Part shown: positions 28,909-41,437 of the stretch, in pieces
Numbering within the stretch: the stretch's first letter is position 1
Layout: each line of letters begins with the position of its first letter
Origin: Acutalibacteraceae bacterium
Lineage (GTDB): Bacteria; Bacillota_I; Bacilli_A; RFN20; CAG-449
Reading direction: 5' to 3'
DNA length: 64,000 nucleotides
Assembly: GCA_963610315.1 (NCBI GenBank)
Contig: CAVDMV010000001.1
Coordinates: 77,441 to 141,440 of the forward strand
The notes under the pieces: generated by a model
The model's database searches: none
What the model saw: the letters and a program-made list of their open reading frames with translations, nothing else
Told to the model about the DNA's origin: nothing
Position numbers and translations under genes: made by a program

Positions 28909-30810
28909 ATGAAACTAACATGTTTAGATGGAAAAGTTATTGAAGCTAGTGAAGGTCAATCAGGCTTAGATGTCGCAAAGAGTATTTCACTATCACTCGC
29001 TAAATCTTCAATTGCTTATTCATTAAATGGTAAAGTCTACGATTTAAATAGACCTATCCAAGAAGATGGTGAATTCATCTTAATTAAGCAAGGCGATAAA
29101 GAAAGTTATGATGTATTAAATCATTCTACATCTCACTTACTCGCTCAAGCAATTCACAAATTATATCCAGATGCAAAATTTGGTTTTGGTCCAAGTATCG
29201 ATGAAGGATTCTATTATGATATCGATTTCTCTTCCCCTATTACTGATGCAGATTTTCCTAAGATTGAAAAAGAAATGGCAAAACTTGCTTCTGCAGGTAA
29301 TCCAATCGTAAGAGAAGAAGTAACTAAAGAAGAAGCTTTAGAATTATTTAAAGATAATCCATATAAAATCGAATTAATTAACGGTATTGAAGGTTCTATT
29401 ACTATCTACCGTCAAGGTGATTTCTTCGATTTATGTGCTGGTCCACACTTAGAAAAAACTTCTCAAATTAAGCATTTCAAATTATTATCTCTCGCGGGAG
29501 CTTATTGGAGAGGCGATGTTAAAAACAAACAATTAACAAGAATCTATGGTACTTCATGGTGGTCAAAAGAAGAATTAGATAAACACCTTTTAGATCTTGA
29601 AGAACGTAAGAAAAGAGATCATAAGAAAATCGGTAAAGATTTAGGTTTATTCATGATTTCTGAATTTGGTCCAGGTGAACCATTCTGGCTACCAAATGGT
29701 TACACATTAAGAAGAACTCTTGAAAATTTCTGGTTAGAATATCATAAGAAGAATGGCTATTTAGTTATTGAAACACCTATTATGTTATCTAGAACATTAT
29801 GGGAAACTTCTGGTCACTGGGATCACTACCAAGAAGATATGTATACTTTAAAAGTAGATGAACAAGACTTCGCGATTAAACCAATGAACTGTCCAGGAGC
29901 TATCTTAGTTTATAAGAATTCTTTACACTCTTATAAAGAATTACCATTAAGATATGCAGAATTAGGTCACGTCCATAGAAATGAAGCTTCTGGTGCTTTA
30001 AATGGTTTATTTAGAGTTAGATCATTCCACCAAGATGATGCTCATACATTATTAATGGAAGAACAAATTGGTGATGAAATCCAAAGAATCATTAAGATTT
30101 ATGACTATATGTATTCTTTATTTGGACTAGATTATTCAATTGAATTATCTACTCGTCCAGAAGATAACTTTATCGGTGATATTGAAGTTTGGGATAAAGC
30201 AGAAGATGATTTAAAGAAAGCTTGTTTAGCGACAGGTAAATCATTTAAGATTAATCCAGGGGATGGAGCATTCTACGGACCAAAACTTGACTTCAAATTA
30301 AAAGATTCAATGAACAGAATTTGGCAATGTGGTACAGTTCAATTAGATATGCAACTTCCAGGAAGATTTGATTGTACATATATCGATAAAGATGGTAATA
30401 AGAAAACTCCTATTATGATTCATAGAGCTTGCTTTGGTTCTATTGAAAGATTCATCGGTATTATTACCGAAAACTTCGCAGGTCAATTCCCTACTTGGTT
30501 AGCGCCAGTTCAAATTAACTTACTTCCTGTTGCTCCAGTTCATAATGAATACGCATATAAAGTAAAAGAAGAATTAGAAGCATTAGGTTTAAGAGTAACA
30601 CTTGATGATTCTAATGAAAAACTTGGTTATAGATTAAGAAATTCTTCATTATTAAAAACTCCTTATACTGTAGTTATTGGTGATAAAGAAGTTGAAAATA
30701 ATTCTTTAACATATCGTATCATTGGTTCAACTGAACAAGTTTCTGTTTCTAAAGAAGAATTCATTAAGAAAGTTCTTGATGAAGTTAAAACAAAAGCTTT
30801 AAGAAAATAA
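28909..30810 (+). CDS. thrS: threonine--tRNA ligase
   Basis: 633 aa with TGS, editing and class II catalytic domains (HRACFGSIERFIG). Confidence 0.95.
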   Translation: MKLTCLDGKVIEASEGQSGLDVAKSISLSLAKSSIAYSLNGKVYDLNRPIQEDGEFILIKQGDKESYDVLNHSTSHLLAQAIHKLYPDAKFGFGPSIDEGFYYDIDFSSPITDADFPKIEKEMAKLASAGNPIVREEVTKEEALELFKDNPYKIELINGIEGSITIYRQGDFFDLCAGPHLEKTSQIKHFKLLSLAGAYWRGDVKNKQLTRIYGTSWWSKEELDKHLLDLEERKKRDHKKIGKDLGLFMISEFGPGEPFWLPNGYTLRRTLENFWLEYHKKNGYLVIETPIMLSRTLWETSGHWDHYQEDMYTLKVDEQDFAIKPMNCPGAILVYKNSLHSYKELPLRYAELGHVHRNEASGALNGLFRVRSFHQDDAHTLLMEEQIGDEIQRIIKIYDYMYSLFGLDYSIELSTRPEDNFIGDIEVWDKAEDDLKKACLATGKSFKINPGDGAFYGPKLDFKLKDSMNRIWQCGTVQLDMQLPGRFDCTYIDKDGNKKTPIMIHRACFGSIERFIGIITENFAGQFPTWLAPVQINLLPVAPVHNEYAYKVKEELEALGLRVTLDDSNEKLGYRLRNSSLLKTPYTVVIGDKEVENNSLTYRIIGSTEQVSVSKEEFIKKVLDEVKTKALRK

Positions 30811-30816
30811 GCAAAA

Positions 30817-30850
30817 TAAAACTAGGAATTTCAAAATTCCTAGTTTTTAA
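30817..30850. terminator. bidirectional terminator between thrS and the convergent lipoprotein gene
   Basis: AAACTAGGAATTT-caa-AAATTCCTAGTTT perfect palindrome flanked by A and T runs. Confidence 0.7.
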
Positions 30851-30855
30851 TTTAC

Positions 30856-31683
30856 TTATTTAACCTTAGGTCCTGCGTTAACCATTTCCCAAGAAGAAGC
30901 GAAGTAAACATTAACTTTACTATCTGCATAACCTTCTTCCCAGCCTTCAGGCTTACTTTCTGCATAAGAAAAGATATTTAATGAAGGGCAATTATTAAAT
31001 GCGTTTTTCTTAATTGTTGTGACATTTTTTGATAAAACAATTGTTTTAAATTCCTCTAGATACTTAAATGCATTTGAATTAATAGTTGTTATGGTATCAG
31101 GTAAATAAACTATTTCTAAAGCAAATGGTTCATCTGGAGCGCAGAATGAAGAAGCGATTTCTTTAACTTCTTTTCCGTTATAAGTTTTTGCAATGACAAT
31201 TTCTGAAACAGATCTAATCATACCTGAAATGTATGGATCAAACGAACTTGCGATATAATAAGTTCCATCCCCTGATAAAGTATAATTTACTCCTTCAGTT
31301 GAATAAGTATCATTAATGACTGTTTTATTAAATACTGCAGTATAAACAGTATTTTTAGTTACTGCGCTAAATTCTTTGTCCCAACCAGCAAAGGTATATG
31401 AGAAATTTTCATCACTCTCACGAGTTGGATTTTCTTTAGAATAACTTGGGACTTGTCCACTTTCAATTGTTTCAGTATAAATTGTTTGTGAATCATAATT
31501 TTTAAATGTAATAATAATTGGATTCGTAAAAGAAGTTGATGAGCTTTGTTCAGAAGATGAGCTAGTAGCGTTACTAGAAGAGGAATTTGAACTACTATTT
31601 TCACTACTAGAAGCATTATTACAACTAAATAAACTAAAGCCAATTAAAGGTAAAATTAATAATTTTGATAAATTAGTTTTCAT
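30856..31683 (-). CDS. lipoprotein with Ser-rich linker and C-terminal BspA-type leucine-rich repeat domain
   Basis: Lipobox FSLFSC, then SSSENSSSNSSSSNATSSSSEQSSS, then LRR-like TITTINSNAFKYLEEFKTIVLSKNVTTIKKNAFNNCPSL. Confidence 0.6.
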   Translation of the reverse strand: MKTNLSKLLILPLIGFSLFSCNNASSSENSSSNSSSSNATSSSSEQSSSTSFTNPIIITFKNYDSQTIYTETIESGQVPSYSKENPTRESDENFSYTFAGWDKEFSAVTKNTVYTAVFNKTVINDTYSTEGVNYTLSGDGTYYIASSFDPYISGMIRSVSEIVIAKTYNGKEVKEIASSFCAPDEPFALEIVYLPDTITTINSNAFKYLEEFKTIVLSKNVTTIKKNAFNNCPSLNIFSYAESKPEGWEEGYADSKVNVYFASSWEMVNAGPKVK

Positions 31684-31692
31684 ATTTCTCCT

Positions 31693-31726
31693 TAAAAAAT
31701 AAATTAGTTAGCTCTTCGCTAACTAA
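31693..31726 (-). terminator. terminator after the RR/Hpt/87-aa unit
   Basis: TTAGTTAGC-tcttc-GCTAACTAA hairpin. The minus-strand reading is followed by TTTATTTTTTAAGG. Confidence 0.6.
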
Positions 31727-31737
31727 TTCTCATTATC

Positions 31738-32001
31738 TTAGCCGTGTAAACCACGTGCTTGGCGATCCATGTCTTCAACGACAATATCATAGATTTCACC
31801 TAAAGATCTACAATATTCAAGAACTTTCCAAGGTTCATTTGTATGATAATGAATTTTGATTAATTCATCATCACCGACTGCAAGTAAGCAATCACCAACG
31901 AAATTTTTTTCAAAATATTCACTGATTGCGTCTTCGTCTAAATTTGTACCCTCAATTAATAATTGAGTATCATATCTAAATTCAATTGATTGTTCAGCCA
32001 T
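31738..32001 (-). CDS. small hypothetical protein (87 aa), possibly a stand-alone homolog of the FakA/YloV C-terminal domain
   Basis: LLAVGDDELIKIHYHTNEPWKVLE resembles the GD..L.K.H.HTN.P segment I remember from DAK2-fusion (FakA) C-termini. This rests on memory only. Confidence 0.35.
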   Translation of the reverse strand: MAEQSIEFRYDTQLLIEGTNLDEDAISEYFEKNFVGDCLLAVGDDELIKIHYHTNEPWKVLEYCRSLGEIYDIVVEDMDRQARGLHG

Positions 32002-32012
32002 AATTTCTCCTT

Positions 32013-32375
32013 CTAGTGATATTCTTTTAATAAAGAAATAAATTTATAATAAGGAATTTCGATATCTTCAAGTAAAGATAATACGTCATCCGATTTTTTA
32101 TTTCTTAACTTATCACAAACTATAGATATATTATCATATAATTGAGTAAAACACAAATAACCAATTTGAGATTTTAATTTATGTGCATACATAAATGCTT
32201 GTTCTAAATCGTTCTCTTGTACTTTTTGATAAGTTTCCATATATAAGTCTTGTTTTAAGAAATTATTAGAAATCACTTTAATAAAGAAATCTTCATCATC
32301 TAGAAAATATAATTTTAATGCTCTATCGACATCAATACCAATCTTAATAAGTTTTTCTTTAAATACTTTATCCAT
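32013..32375 (-). CDS. histidine phosphotransfer (Hpt) domain protein
   Basis: 120 aa with the Hpt signature AFMYAHKLKSQIGYLCF (H-x-LKG/S) and a four-helix pattern. Confidence 0.6.
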   Translation of the reverse strand: MDKVFKEKLIKIGIDVDRALKLYFLDDEDFFIKVISNNFLKQDLYMETYQKVQENDLEQAFMYAHKLKSQIGYLCFTQLYDNISIVCDKLRNKKSDDVLSLLEDIEIPYYKFISLLKEYH

Positions 32376-32376
32376 G

Positions 32377-33066
32377 TTAACCTTTATAAATATATAAAAT
32401 CTTTGGTCTACCGCCGGTAGAATAATCTATTCTTGTTTCTAAATAATTTTCGTCAACAAGATAATTTAAATAGTGTCTAATAGTAACAATTGATAAAGGT
32501 AATTCTTTAGCGATTTGATCACAAGTTATTTCTTTACTACCGTTATTACGTAAAAAATTAATAAGTGTATTTAATGTTTGACCTTGAATACCTTTTGCGA
32601 TTAAACCATTTTCATTAGTTTCATTTTTAAAGCTAAATAATGAATCGATTTCTTGTTGAGATAAGATCTTTTTACGATCATATTGTTTAACTGCGACAAA
32701 TTTATCAATCGCTTTTTTAAATCTTTGATAATCAAAAGGTTTAATTAAATAATCTAAGCAACCGAGGAAATATAATTTTCTCACTTCATCGAATTTAGTT
32801 TCTGCCGTAACCATAATGACTTCATGTTTAAAGCCATAACGTTCACGTAATGTTTTTAAAAATTGTTCTCCATCCATTTGAGGAAGATAATAATCGAGGA
32901 TAATTAAATCTACCAAATTTTTTTCTAAAAAATTCAATGCTTCTTGTCCATTACTGACGCAAGAAACAACTTCGACATAAGGGTTTTTTTCTGTATAATT
33001 TCGATTAATTTGAGCGACCATTGGATCATCTTCGACAATTAGTACTTTATATTTAGAATTTGTCAT
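32377..33066 (-). CDS. two-component response regulator, CitB/DcuR family (REC + C-terminal HTH)
   Basis: VLIVEDDPMV...LIILDYYLPQMDG...KPF receiver motifs and a CitB-type HTH (ITCDQIAKELPLSIVTIRHYLNYL). Confidence 0.8.
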   Translation of the reverse strand: MTNSKYKVLIVEDDPMVAQINRNYTEKNPYVEVVSCVSNGQEALNFLEKNLVDLIILDYYLPQMDGEQFLKTLRERYGFKHEVIMVTAETKFDEVRKLYFLGCLDYLIKPFDYQRFKKAIDKFVAVKQYDRKKILSQQEIDSLFSFKNETNENGLIAKGIQGQTLNTLINFLRNNGSKEITCDQIAKELPLSIVTIRHYLNYLVDENYLETRIDYSTGGRPKILYIYKG

Positions 33067-33161
33067 TTTAAACCTCCTATCACACTCTTATTAGTATAAC
33101 TTAATACAATTTAATTTAAAATATTGTTAAGATAATTAAACTCTTATTAACTTAAAATTAA

Positions 33162-33187
33162 CATAAAAAGTGACAAAACTGTCACTT
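33162..33187 (-). terminator. terminator after the atp operon plus trailing membrane-protein gene
   Basis: AGTGACA-aaac-TGTCACT hairpin. The minus-strand reading is followed by TTTTTATG. Confidence 0.55.
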
Positions 33188-33192
33188 TAAAA

Positions 33193-34122
33193 CTATTCAT
33201 CAATATTAATTGTATAAATATCTTTATCATTACTTAAAGGGTTCGCGCTTCCTTCATTATTCTTTAAAATTTTAATAATTTCAAAGATATTATAAGCAAT
33301 AAAACCCATAATTGTTCCTAAAGCTAATGAATCAACGATATCTAAGATATTTAATGTTAGATTATTAGTTCCAGTTCCACCAAGATAATTAGTAATACCA
33401 CACATACCTAAAGTAGAACCAACAATATGTAATAAACCATATACAATAACAAAACCAATTGTTAAATACGCATCTAATAAAGTATCTTCAATCTTATCAT
33501 TAAAGATGATTAAGAAGAATTTTTTAAAACATCTTAATGAAGAAAAAGTTAATAAAGCAATTAGACATCCATAGATAATAAATTGATAGCCTAATTCTTT
33601 CATCGTTAAGACAGCTTTTTCATCAAGAGTTAATCCATATTGCGTTATCATCGTATTAAATTGTTCAGGATTAGAATAATATAAATTACTAATTCCAATA
33701 TAAGAAATTCCATCAAAAATAAGGAAAACCGAAGCAATAATTAATATAACTTTTAGAATTCTTCTTAAGATAAAAATATTATTTAATAATGATTTTTTTG
33801 GATTTGCATCATTTACATCATTATTCTTACTTAGTTTATAAATCTTATATAAATAATAAGCAAAATATAAAGGAAATATTAATTCAACTAATGATGATAA
33901 AACAATCGAAGTAATATTAGAAGCATCTATTGAAGTAAGCGTGAAGATATTTGAAGTAATAGTATAAGCAAAAATAATAATTGAATAAAAAATTAAACTA
34001 ATAATAAGTCCAATAAACTTATAAGAAGTAAAATGTTTTTTTAAAGCAATGACCTTATTAGATTCATTTTCTTTAAAAGATAACATTCTATTAACTTGAT
34101 TATTAAGTTCTTCTCGATTCAT
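33193..34122 (-). CDS. polytopic membrane protein of unknown function (about 6 TM); start overlaps the atpC stop
   Basis: 309-aa ORF with multiple hydrophobic helices. ATGA overlap with atpC at 34122. Confidence 0.55.
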   Translation of the reverse strand: MNREELNNQVNRMLSFKENESNKVIALKKHFTSYKFIGLIISLIFYSIIIFAYTITSNIFTLTSIDASNITSIVLSSLVELIFPLYFAYYLYKIYKLSKNNDVNDANPKKSLLNNIFILRRILKVILIIASVFLIFDGISYIGISNLYYSNPEQFNTMITQYGLTLDEKAVLTMKELGYQFIIYGCLIALLTFSSLRCFKKFFLIIFNDKIEDTLLDAYLTIGFVIVYGLLHIVGSTLGMCGITNYLGGTGTNNLTLNILDIVDSLALGTIMGFIAYNIFEIIKILKNNEGSANPLSNDKDIYTINIDE

Positions 34123-34535
34123 TATTTTACTTTACCTTCCCACAAAGCAATACGTGCTTCTGCACGAATTAAAGCTTTTTTTGCTCTTTCGACATCGATA
34201 TTTGGATTAGATGGAGCTTCACTTAAATAAGCATTTGCTCTTTCAAGAGCTTTTCTCGCTCTATCAATATCAATATCATCTTTTAAGTTAAAACTTGCAA
34301 CGATTAATTTAACTTCTTTTTCTAATACATTTAAGATACCTTCACCAATAAAAGCATAAACTCTACCTTTTGAGACAGAATCAAAATAACAAATACTTGG
34401 TTCGATATTCGTCACTAATGGAAAGTGATGAGGAAGAATTGTTAATTCTCCATTACCACTTTTCACATGTAACAAGGTAATATCGACTGGATCTAAAACT
34501 CCATTTGGAGTTATTATACTTAAATTATAAGCCAT
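34122..34535 (-). CDS. atpC: ATP synthase F1 epsilon subunit
   Basis: 137 aa with the typical epsilon N-terminal beta sandwich (ITPNGVLDPVDITLL). Confidence 0.9.
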   Translation of the reverse strand: MAYNLSIITPNGVLDPVDITLLHVKSGNGELTILPHHFPLVTNIEPSICYFDSVSKGRVYAFIGEGILNVLEKEVKLIVASFNLKDDIDIDRARKALERANAYLSEAPSNPNIDVERAKKALIRAEARIALWEGKVK

Positions 34536-34536
34536 A

Positions 34537-36799
<2,263 letters not shown>

Positions 36800-36812
36800 A
36801 ATCTTCTACCTC

Positions 36813-38312
36813 CTATCTAACAAAATAATCTTGCATTACTTTATTTAATTTTTCTTCTAATTCTTTAGAAATAATTTTCTTTTCTGTTAATTCGTCCAAG
36901 ATATCTTGGTGATTTAAAGAAATTTCTTGATATAAACCTTTTAATGATTCTTTAACTTTAGAAGTTTCAAGATCATCTAAATATCTATTTTTCGCCGCGA
37001 ATAATTCGACGATTTGTCTATTAACATCATATGGTGCGTATTGTTCTTGTTTTAATACTTCCATTAATTTTTCACCATGATTTAATACTCTCTTAGTTTC
37101 TGCATCAAGATCAGAGCCAAATTGTGAGAATGATAATAATTCATGATATGAAGCAAGTTCAATTTTTAATGAACCCGCGACTTGTTTCATCGCTTTAATT
37201 TGTGCAGCAGAACCAACTCTTGATACCGATAAACCAGAATCTACTGCAGGTCTTTGACCAGCATTAAATAATTCTGTTTGTAAGAAGATTTGTCCATCAG
37301 TAATTGAAATGACATTGGTTGGAATGTAAGCAGAAATATCACCAGCTTGAGTTTCAATGATTGGTAAAGCAGTAATAGAACCGCCTCCACAACTTTCATT
37401 TACTCTACATGCTCTTTCAAGTAGTCTACTATGTAAATAGAAGACATCACCTGGATAAGCTTCTCTACCTGGAGCTCTTCTTAATAATAAAGCCATTGTT
37501 CTATATGCAACTGCGTGTTTAGATAAATCATCATAAACGATTAAAACATCTTTACCTTGTTCCATCCATTCTTCTGCAATAGTTACGCCTGAATAAGGAG
37601 CGATATATTGAATAGGAGCAAGTTCACTAGCAGTAGCGGAAACGACTGTTGTATATTCTAAAGCACCAGCTTTTCTTAATCTTTCAACGATGTGAGCGAC
37701 TGTAGAATTCTTTTGACCAATTGCTACATAGATACAATAACAATCTTTACCTTTTTGGTTTAAGATTGTATCAATTGCGATAGCCGTTTTACCTGTTTGT
37801 CTATCACCAATAATTAATTCTCTTTGTCCTCTACCAATAGGTATCATTGCATCAATTGCTTTAATACCTGTTTGGAGTGGAACAGAAACTGATTTACGTG
37901 ACATAACGCCAGGAGCGATTCTTTCGATTGGTCTTTTGTGATCGAATTTAATATCACCAAGTCCATCAATAGGTTGACCTAATGCATTAACAACTCTACC
38001 TAATAAACCATCACCAACTGGAACTTCAACAACTGCGCCAGTTCTTTTTACTAAGTCTCCTTCTTTAATTTCTTCACAAGAGCCTAACATAACTACACCG
38101 ACACTTTCTTCGTTGAGGTTAAAAGCCATACCGAAGACATTATTAGGGAATTCTAATAATTCATTAAGCATACATTTGTCTAATCCGTAAACAGTAGCAA
38201 CACCATCACCGATTGAAACAACGCTACCAACGTCATTAGTTTCTAATTTATGAGTATACGATTTGATTTGTTCTTTAATTAATTCAGAAATTTCATTTGG
38301 TTTAATAATCAT
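36813..38312 (-). CDS. atpA: ATP synthase F1 alpha subunit
   Basis: Walker A GDRQTGKT; 499 aa. Confidence 0.95.
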   Translation of the reverse strand: MIIKPNEISELIKEQIKSYTHKLETNDVGSVVSIGDGVATVYGLDKCMLNELLEFPNNVFGMAFNLNEESVGVVMLGSCEEIKEGDLVKRTGAVVEVPVGDGLLGRVVNALGQPIDGLGDIKFDHKRPIERIAPGVMSRKSVSVPLQTGIKAIDAMIPIGRGQRELIIGDRQTGKTAIAIDTILNQKGKDCYCIYVAIGQKNSTVAHIVERLRKAGALEYTTVVSATASELAPIQYIAPYSGVTIAEEWMEQGKDVLIVYDDLSKHAVAYRTMALLLRRAPGREAYPGDVFYLHSRLLERACRVNESCGGGSITALPIIETQAGDISAYIPTNVISITDGQIFLQTELFNAGQRPAVDSGLSVSRVGSAAQIKAMKQVAGSLKIELASYHELLSFSQFGSDLDAETKRVLNHGEKLMEVLKQEQYAPYDVNRQIVELFAAKNRYLDDLETSKVKESLKGLYQEISLNHQDILDELTEKKIISKELEEKLNKVMQDYFVR

Positions 38313-38317
38313 CTCGT

Positions 38318-38854
38318 TTATCTCCCTTCTAATAGTACTTGTTTTAATGATTCTACTTTGTTCTTAATAGAAGCATCAAAAACATAGTCATTGATGACAA
38401 CTTTAAATCCACCGATTAAATTTTCATCAATCTTTAATTTAAGATAAATGTTCTTATTTATCTTTTTACCGATTGCACTAGCAATCTTTTCAATTTGGTC
38501 ATTTGATAATTCACTTGAAGCATAAATATATCCTTCAGAAATACCATCTTTTTCATTTGATAAAGTGATAAATCCATCAATTATATCTTTAATATAATGA
38601 GCGCGATTATTATCAATAATAACCTTAAAAAATGCATTGATATGATGTGAAGGAGCATTGATGATAATCTTATCAATCAATTCTTTCTTCTCATCTTTAG
38701 AAATAGTGTAGCATTCTAATAATTTAATAAATTGATCATCTTCATGTAATACTTCATTAATTGATTTTAAATAATCTCTATATTCAGTATTTTTATTTTC
38801 TTCTAAGGCGAGACTTAAAAGAGCTGATGCATATCTACTTGCTAAATTATTCAT
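38318..38854 (-). CDS. atpH: ATP synthase F1 delta subunit (OSCP)
   Basis: 178 aa in operon position between atpF and atpA. Confidence 0.8.
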   Translation of the reverse strand: MNNLASRYASALLSLALEENKNTEYRDYLKSINEVLHEDDQFIKLLECYTISKDEKKELIDKIIINAPSHHINAFFKVIIDNNRAHYIKDIIDGFITLSNEKDGISEGYIYASSELSNDQIEKIASAIGKKINKNIYLKLKIDENLIGGFKVVINDYVFDASIKNKVESLKQVLLEGR

Positions 38855-39434
38855 CAGATTCTACTTCCTTAATAAAGTCATCAACAATTTTATCATTGTC
38901 TGACTTAGTCACTTCTCTTTCTAAGATAGCTTTAGAAGCATCGAGAGCGACATTAACAATTTCTTTACGAATTTCTTCTTTTGCTTTAATTTTCTCTTGT
39001 TCAATTTCTTTCGCTAATAATTCTTTTTGATGAATTCTTTCTTCATCCATTTCCTTACTAGCGTTGTCTTTAATAGTTGCTGCATTCTTATTTGCTTCTT
39101 CGATAATGCTCTTAGCTTCATCTTGTAAAGAAGCAATACGATCATCAGCTTCTTTTTGTTTATTTAATGCATCTTCTTTATAAGCTTCAGCATTTTTAAC
39201 TTGAGAAACTACATAATCTTGACGAGTTTGTAATATTTTACGAACTGGTTTAAAAACAAAGAATCCGACAACACAGAATAATATTAATGTTGAAGTTAAT
39301 TGAATGACTAATGATTCCCATGAGCCAAACATCTTTTCAATAAATTTATCTGATTCGACAGGTTTACTTTCGCATGAAGATAAACTTACTAATGAGATTA
39401 AACTAACTAATATTATTGATAATTTCTTTTTCAT
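38847..39434 (-). CDS. atpF: ATP synthase Fo b subunit (lipoprotein-type signal with Cys)
   Basis: 195 aa: a TM anchor followed by a long charged coiled coil. The N-terminal LSSCESK resembles the lipobox seen in Mollicutes-like b subunits. Confidence 0.8.
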   Translation of the reverse strand: MKKKLSIILVSLISLVSLSSCESKPVESDKFIEKMFGSWESLVIQLTSTLILFCVVGFFVFKPVRKILQTRQDYVVSQVKNAEAYKEDALNKQKEADDRIASLQDEAKSIIEEANKNAATIKDNASKEMDEERIHQKELLAKEIEQEKIKAKEEIRKEIVNVALDASKAILEREVTKSDNDKIVDDFIKEVESDE

Positions 39435-39440
39435 TGAGGA

Positions 39441-39710
39441 TTAGTGAACGAATAAGAGTAATAAAGCAATTAAGAAAGCGTAAATACCAGTTGTTTCACA
39501 AAGTGCACAGCCTAAGATCATTGTTGAACGAATTGAACCAGCTGCTTCTGGATTTCTTGCGACACCTTCAACACCTGCTTTACAAACGTAACCTTCACCA
39601 ATACCAGGACCAATACCACCAAGTACTGCAATACCTGAGCCTAATAACGCTAAACCTGCGCTAAAATATTCATTGTAAGTTGCTGCTTCTGCTAATAAAT
39701 TTAATAACAT
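39441..39710 (-). CDS. atpE: ATP synthase Fo c subunit
   Basis: GGIGPGIGEG loop and a C-terminal helix carrying the carboxylate (CETTGIYAF). Confidence 0.9.
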   Translation of the reverse strand: MLLNLLAEAATYNEYFSAGLALLGSGIAVLGGIGPGIGEGYVCKAGVEGVARNPEAAGSIRSTMILGCALCETTGIYAFLIALLLLFVH

Positions 39711-39725
39711 TTTTATACCTCCTTG

Positions 39726-40514
39726 TTATTTGTTCATTGCGTTAGTTAAGTTTCTCACTTCTTCTAACTTAGCAAGACTTTCCTTATATTCTTTTTCTTT
39801 TTGATTTGCAATGTCTTCTGGGACTTCATTTTTAATTAAAGCCATTGATAATAATGTAAAGACAGTGGTTTGAATGTAAGCACTGAAGACATCAAAGTAA
39901 GCGTGTAATACTGGAGCGACTATAACAGCAGGAGAAATAAATCCTCCAGCGAATGTTAAGTGGTTAACTTCAAACGCCCAATATACCATTCTCATAATAA
40001 CATACCCTGCGACTGCATTACCGAATAAACGGAAAGATAAACTTAGTAATGGAGCCCACATTGATAACAAGTTAATCGGTAACATAACCGGAATTGGTTC
40101 AATATAACGATGGAAATATTTCCACTTGTTATAGTGTGCAGCAGTTGCATGGATGAGAATGAAGGTAGTTAAACCTAATGTAACTGGTATGTATAAATAT
40201 GAAATTGGTGATTCAAATCCTAATAACCCAATTAACATACTCATGAATAGATAGATATATAATCCACCATATACCGCACCAGCAATCTTTTTAAATTGAA
40301 TACCTAAGTTTTCACCAATTGTTTTGTCAATAAAGGAAACATACATTTCTGCAAGTAACATAATCCCTTTTGGCTTCTCTAATGGATCGACTTTCTTCGA
40401 TTTAAAATAGACAATTAAGCTTAATATTGTAATGATTAGAATAATTCCTAGACTCACAATGAGCTCTGCAGGAAATATATCAGTTGAGAATGTAATATCT
40501 AATATATTACTCAT
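39726..40514 (-). CDS. atpB: ATP synthase Fo a subunit
   Basis: 262 aa with the conserved Arg in LSLSFRLFGNAVAG. Confidence 0.9.
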   Translation of the reverse strand: MSNILDITFSTDIFPAELIVSLGIILIITILSLIVYFKSKKVDPLEKPKGIMLLAEMYVSFIDKTIGENLGIQFKKIAGAVYGGLYIYLFMSMLIGLLGFESPISYLYIPVTLGLTTFILIHATAAHYNKWKYFHRYIEPIPVMLPINLLSMWAPLLSLSFRLFGNAVAGYVIMRMVYWAFEVNHLTFAGGFISPAVIVAPVLHAYFDVFSAYIQTTVFTLLSMALIKNEVPEDIANQKEKEYKESLAKLEEVRNLTNAMNK

Positions 40515-40593
40515 AATTGCCTCCTTCTAGATAACCTTGAATATTATAGAATTTTTGAATTTATTTTTCTATTAATTTCGAGTTAAAATAAGG

Positions 40594-41028
40594 TTAATTT
40601 TCTTCTTTTTTAGCATCTTTTTTCTTAGTGAATTTTTGATTTACTACAACTGATACAATAATGTTAATTAAGTATGAAGCAAGTGTCGTTCCCCAAAAGA
40701 AAATATTATGTCCTAAGTATTGTAAAAAGATACAAATAAATAAACCAGCAATAAATAAAATCATTCTTGAAAAATATAATAAAACTGATAATGTTCTTCT
40801 TCTAGCGAATGGTTTTAATAAGAAACCTGTAAAATGATATAAAAGAATGTAATTCAAATTAGAAACAATGCCACCTAAAAGAAAGCCTAAAGGTATCCAC
40901 ATTTGATTAATAAAAAAGCAAAATGAAGATAAAACAAATAATGTTAAATCAACAATGGAACACCATAATAAATTCTTTTTTGCTTCAATTAAATTTTCAT
41001 TTTCCATAAAAATTCGTCGAGTAGACAT
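40594..41028 (-). CDS. atpI: ATP synthase protein I (AtpI/AtpZ-like)
   Basis: 144-aa small membrane protein as the first gene of the operon. Confidence 0.6.
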   Translation of the reverse strand: MSTRRIFMENENLIEAKKNLLWCSIVDLTLFVLSSFCFFINQMWIPLGFLLGGIVSNLNYILLYHFTGFLLKPFARRRTLSVLLYFSRMILFIAGLFICIFLQYLGHNIFFWGTTLASYLINIIVSVVVNQKFTKKKDAKKEEN

Positions 41029-41303
41029 CTCGACCCTCCTTCCAATTTATTGATTGTGAAAGGATTGTCTAACATCCCTCACAGAATCGTACGTGCACTT
41101 TTTTATCATGCAGGTTTTCAAGAAAACAATTGTCTTTATTGCCTACGCTTAAACCTTTTCTCACGACTTTGATTCCAAGACTAGATAATTGTGTCTAATT
41201 AGGACTTACAATATTAGGAGTTTCACCTAACTATCTTATTTACACCAAACTCGCGCACCGACTAGTTTAATTATATATTTTTTAAGAATTTATATAAAGA
41301 AAA

Positions 41304-41322
41304 AAGACACCATAAGGTGTCT
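41304..41322 (-). terminator. terminator after the tRNA cluster
   Basis: AGACACC-ttat-GGTGTCT palindrome. The minus-strand reading is followed by TTTTTTCTTT. Confidence 0.55.
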
Positions 41323-41333
41323 AAATTTTCTAC

Positions 41334-41424
41334 TGGCGGAGAAACAGAGATTTGAACTCTGGCGGGGCTTTCACCCCCTAATGGTTTTCAAGACCATCCC
41401 CTTCAGCCACTTGGGTATTTCTCC
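41334..41424 (-). tRNA. tRNA-Ser (anticodon UGA)
   Basis: Minus-strand sequence GGAGAAATACCCAAGTGGCTGAAGGGGATGGTCTTGAAAACCATT...GGTTCAAATCT...CTCCGCCA. It has a long variable arm, anticodon loop CUUGAAA, and an encoded CCA. Confidence 0.85.
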
Positions 41425-41437
41425 ATGTTAATTAGTT

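Noticed and set aside
41029-41333. SRP RNA, tmRNA or RNase P RNA in the atp leader
   Set aside because: The length is incompatible with tmRNA or RNase P, and I could not find the SRP domain IV motif (GGAAGGAAGCAGC-like) on either strand.
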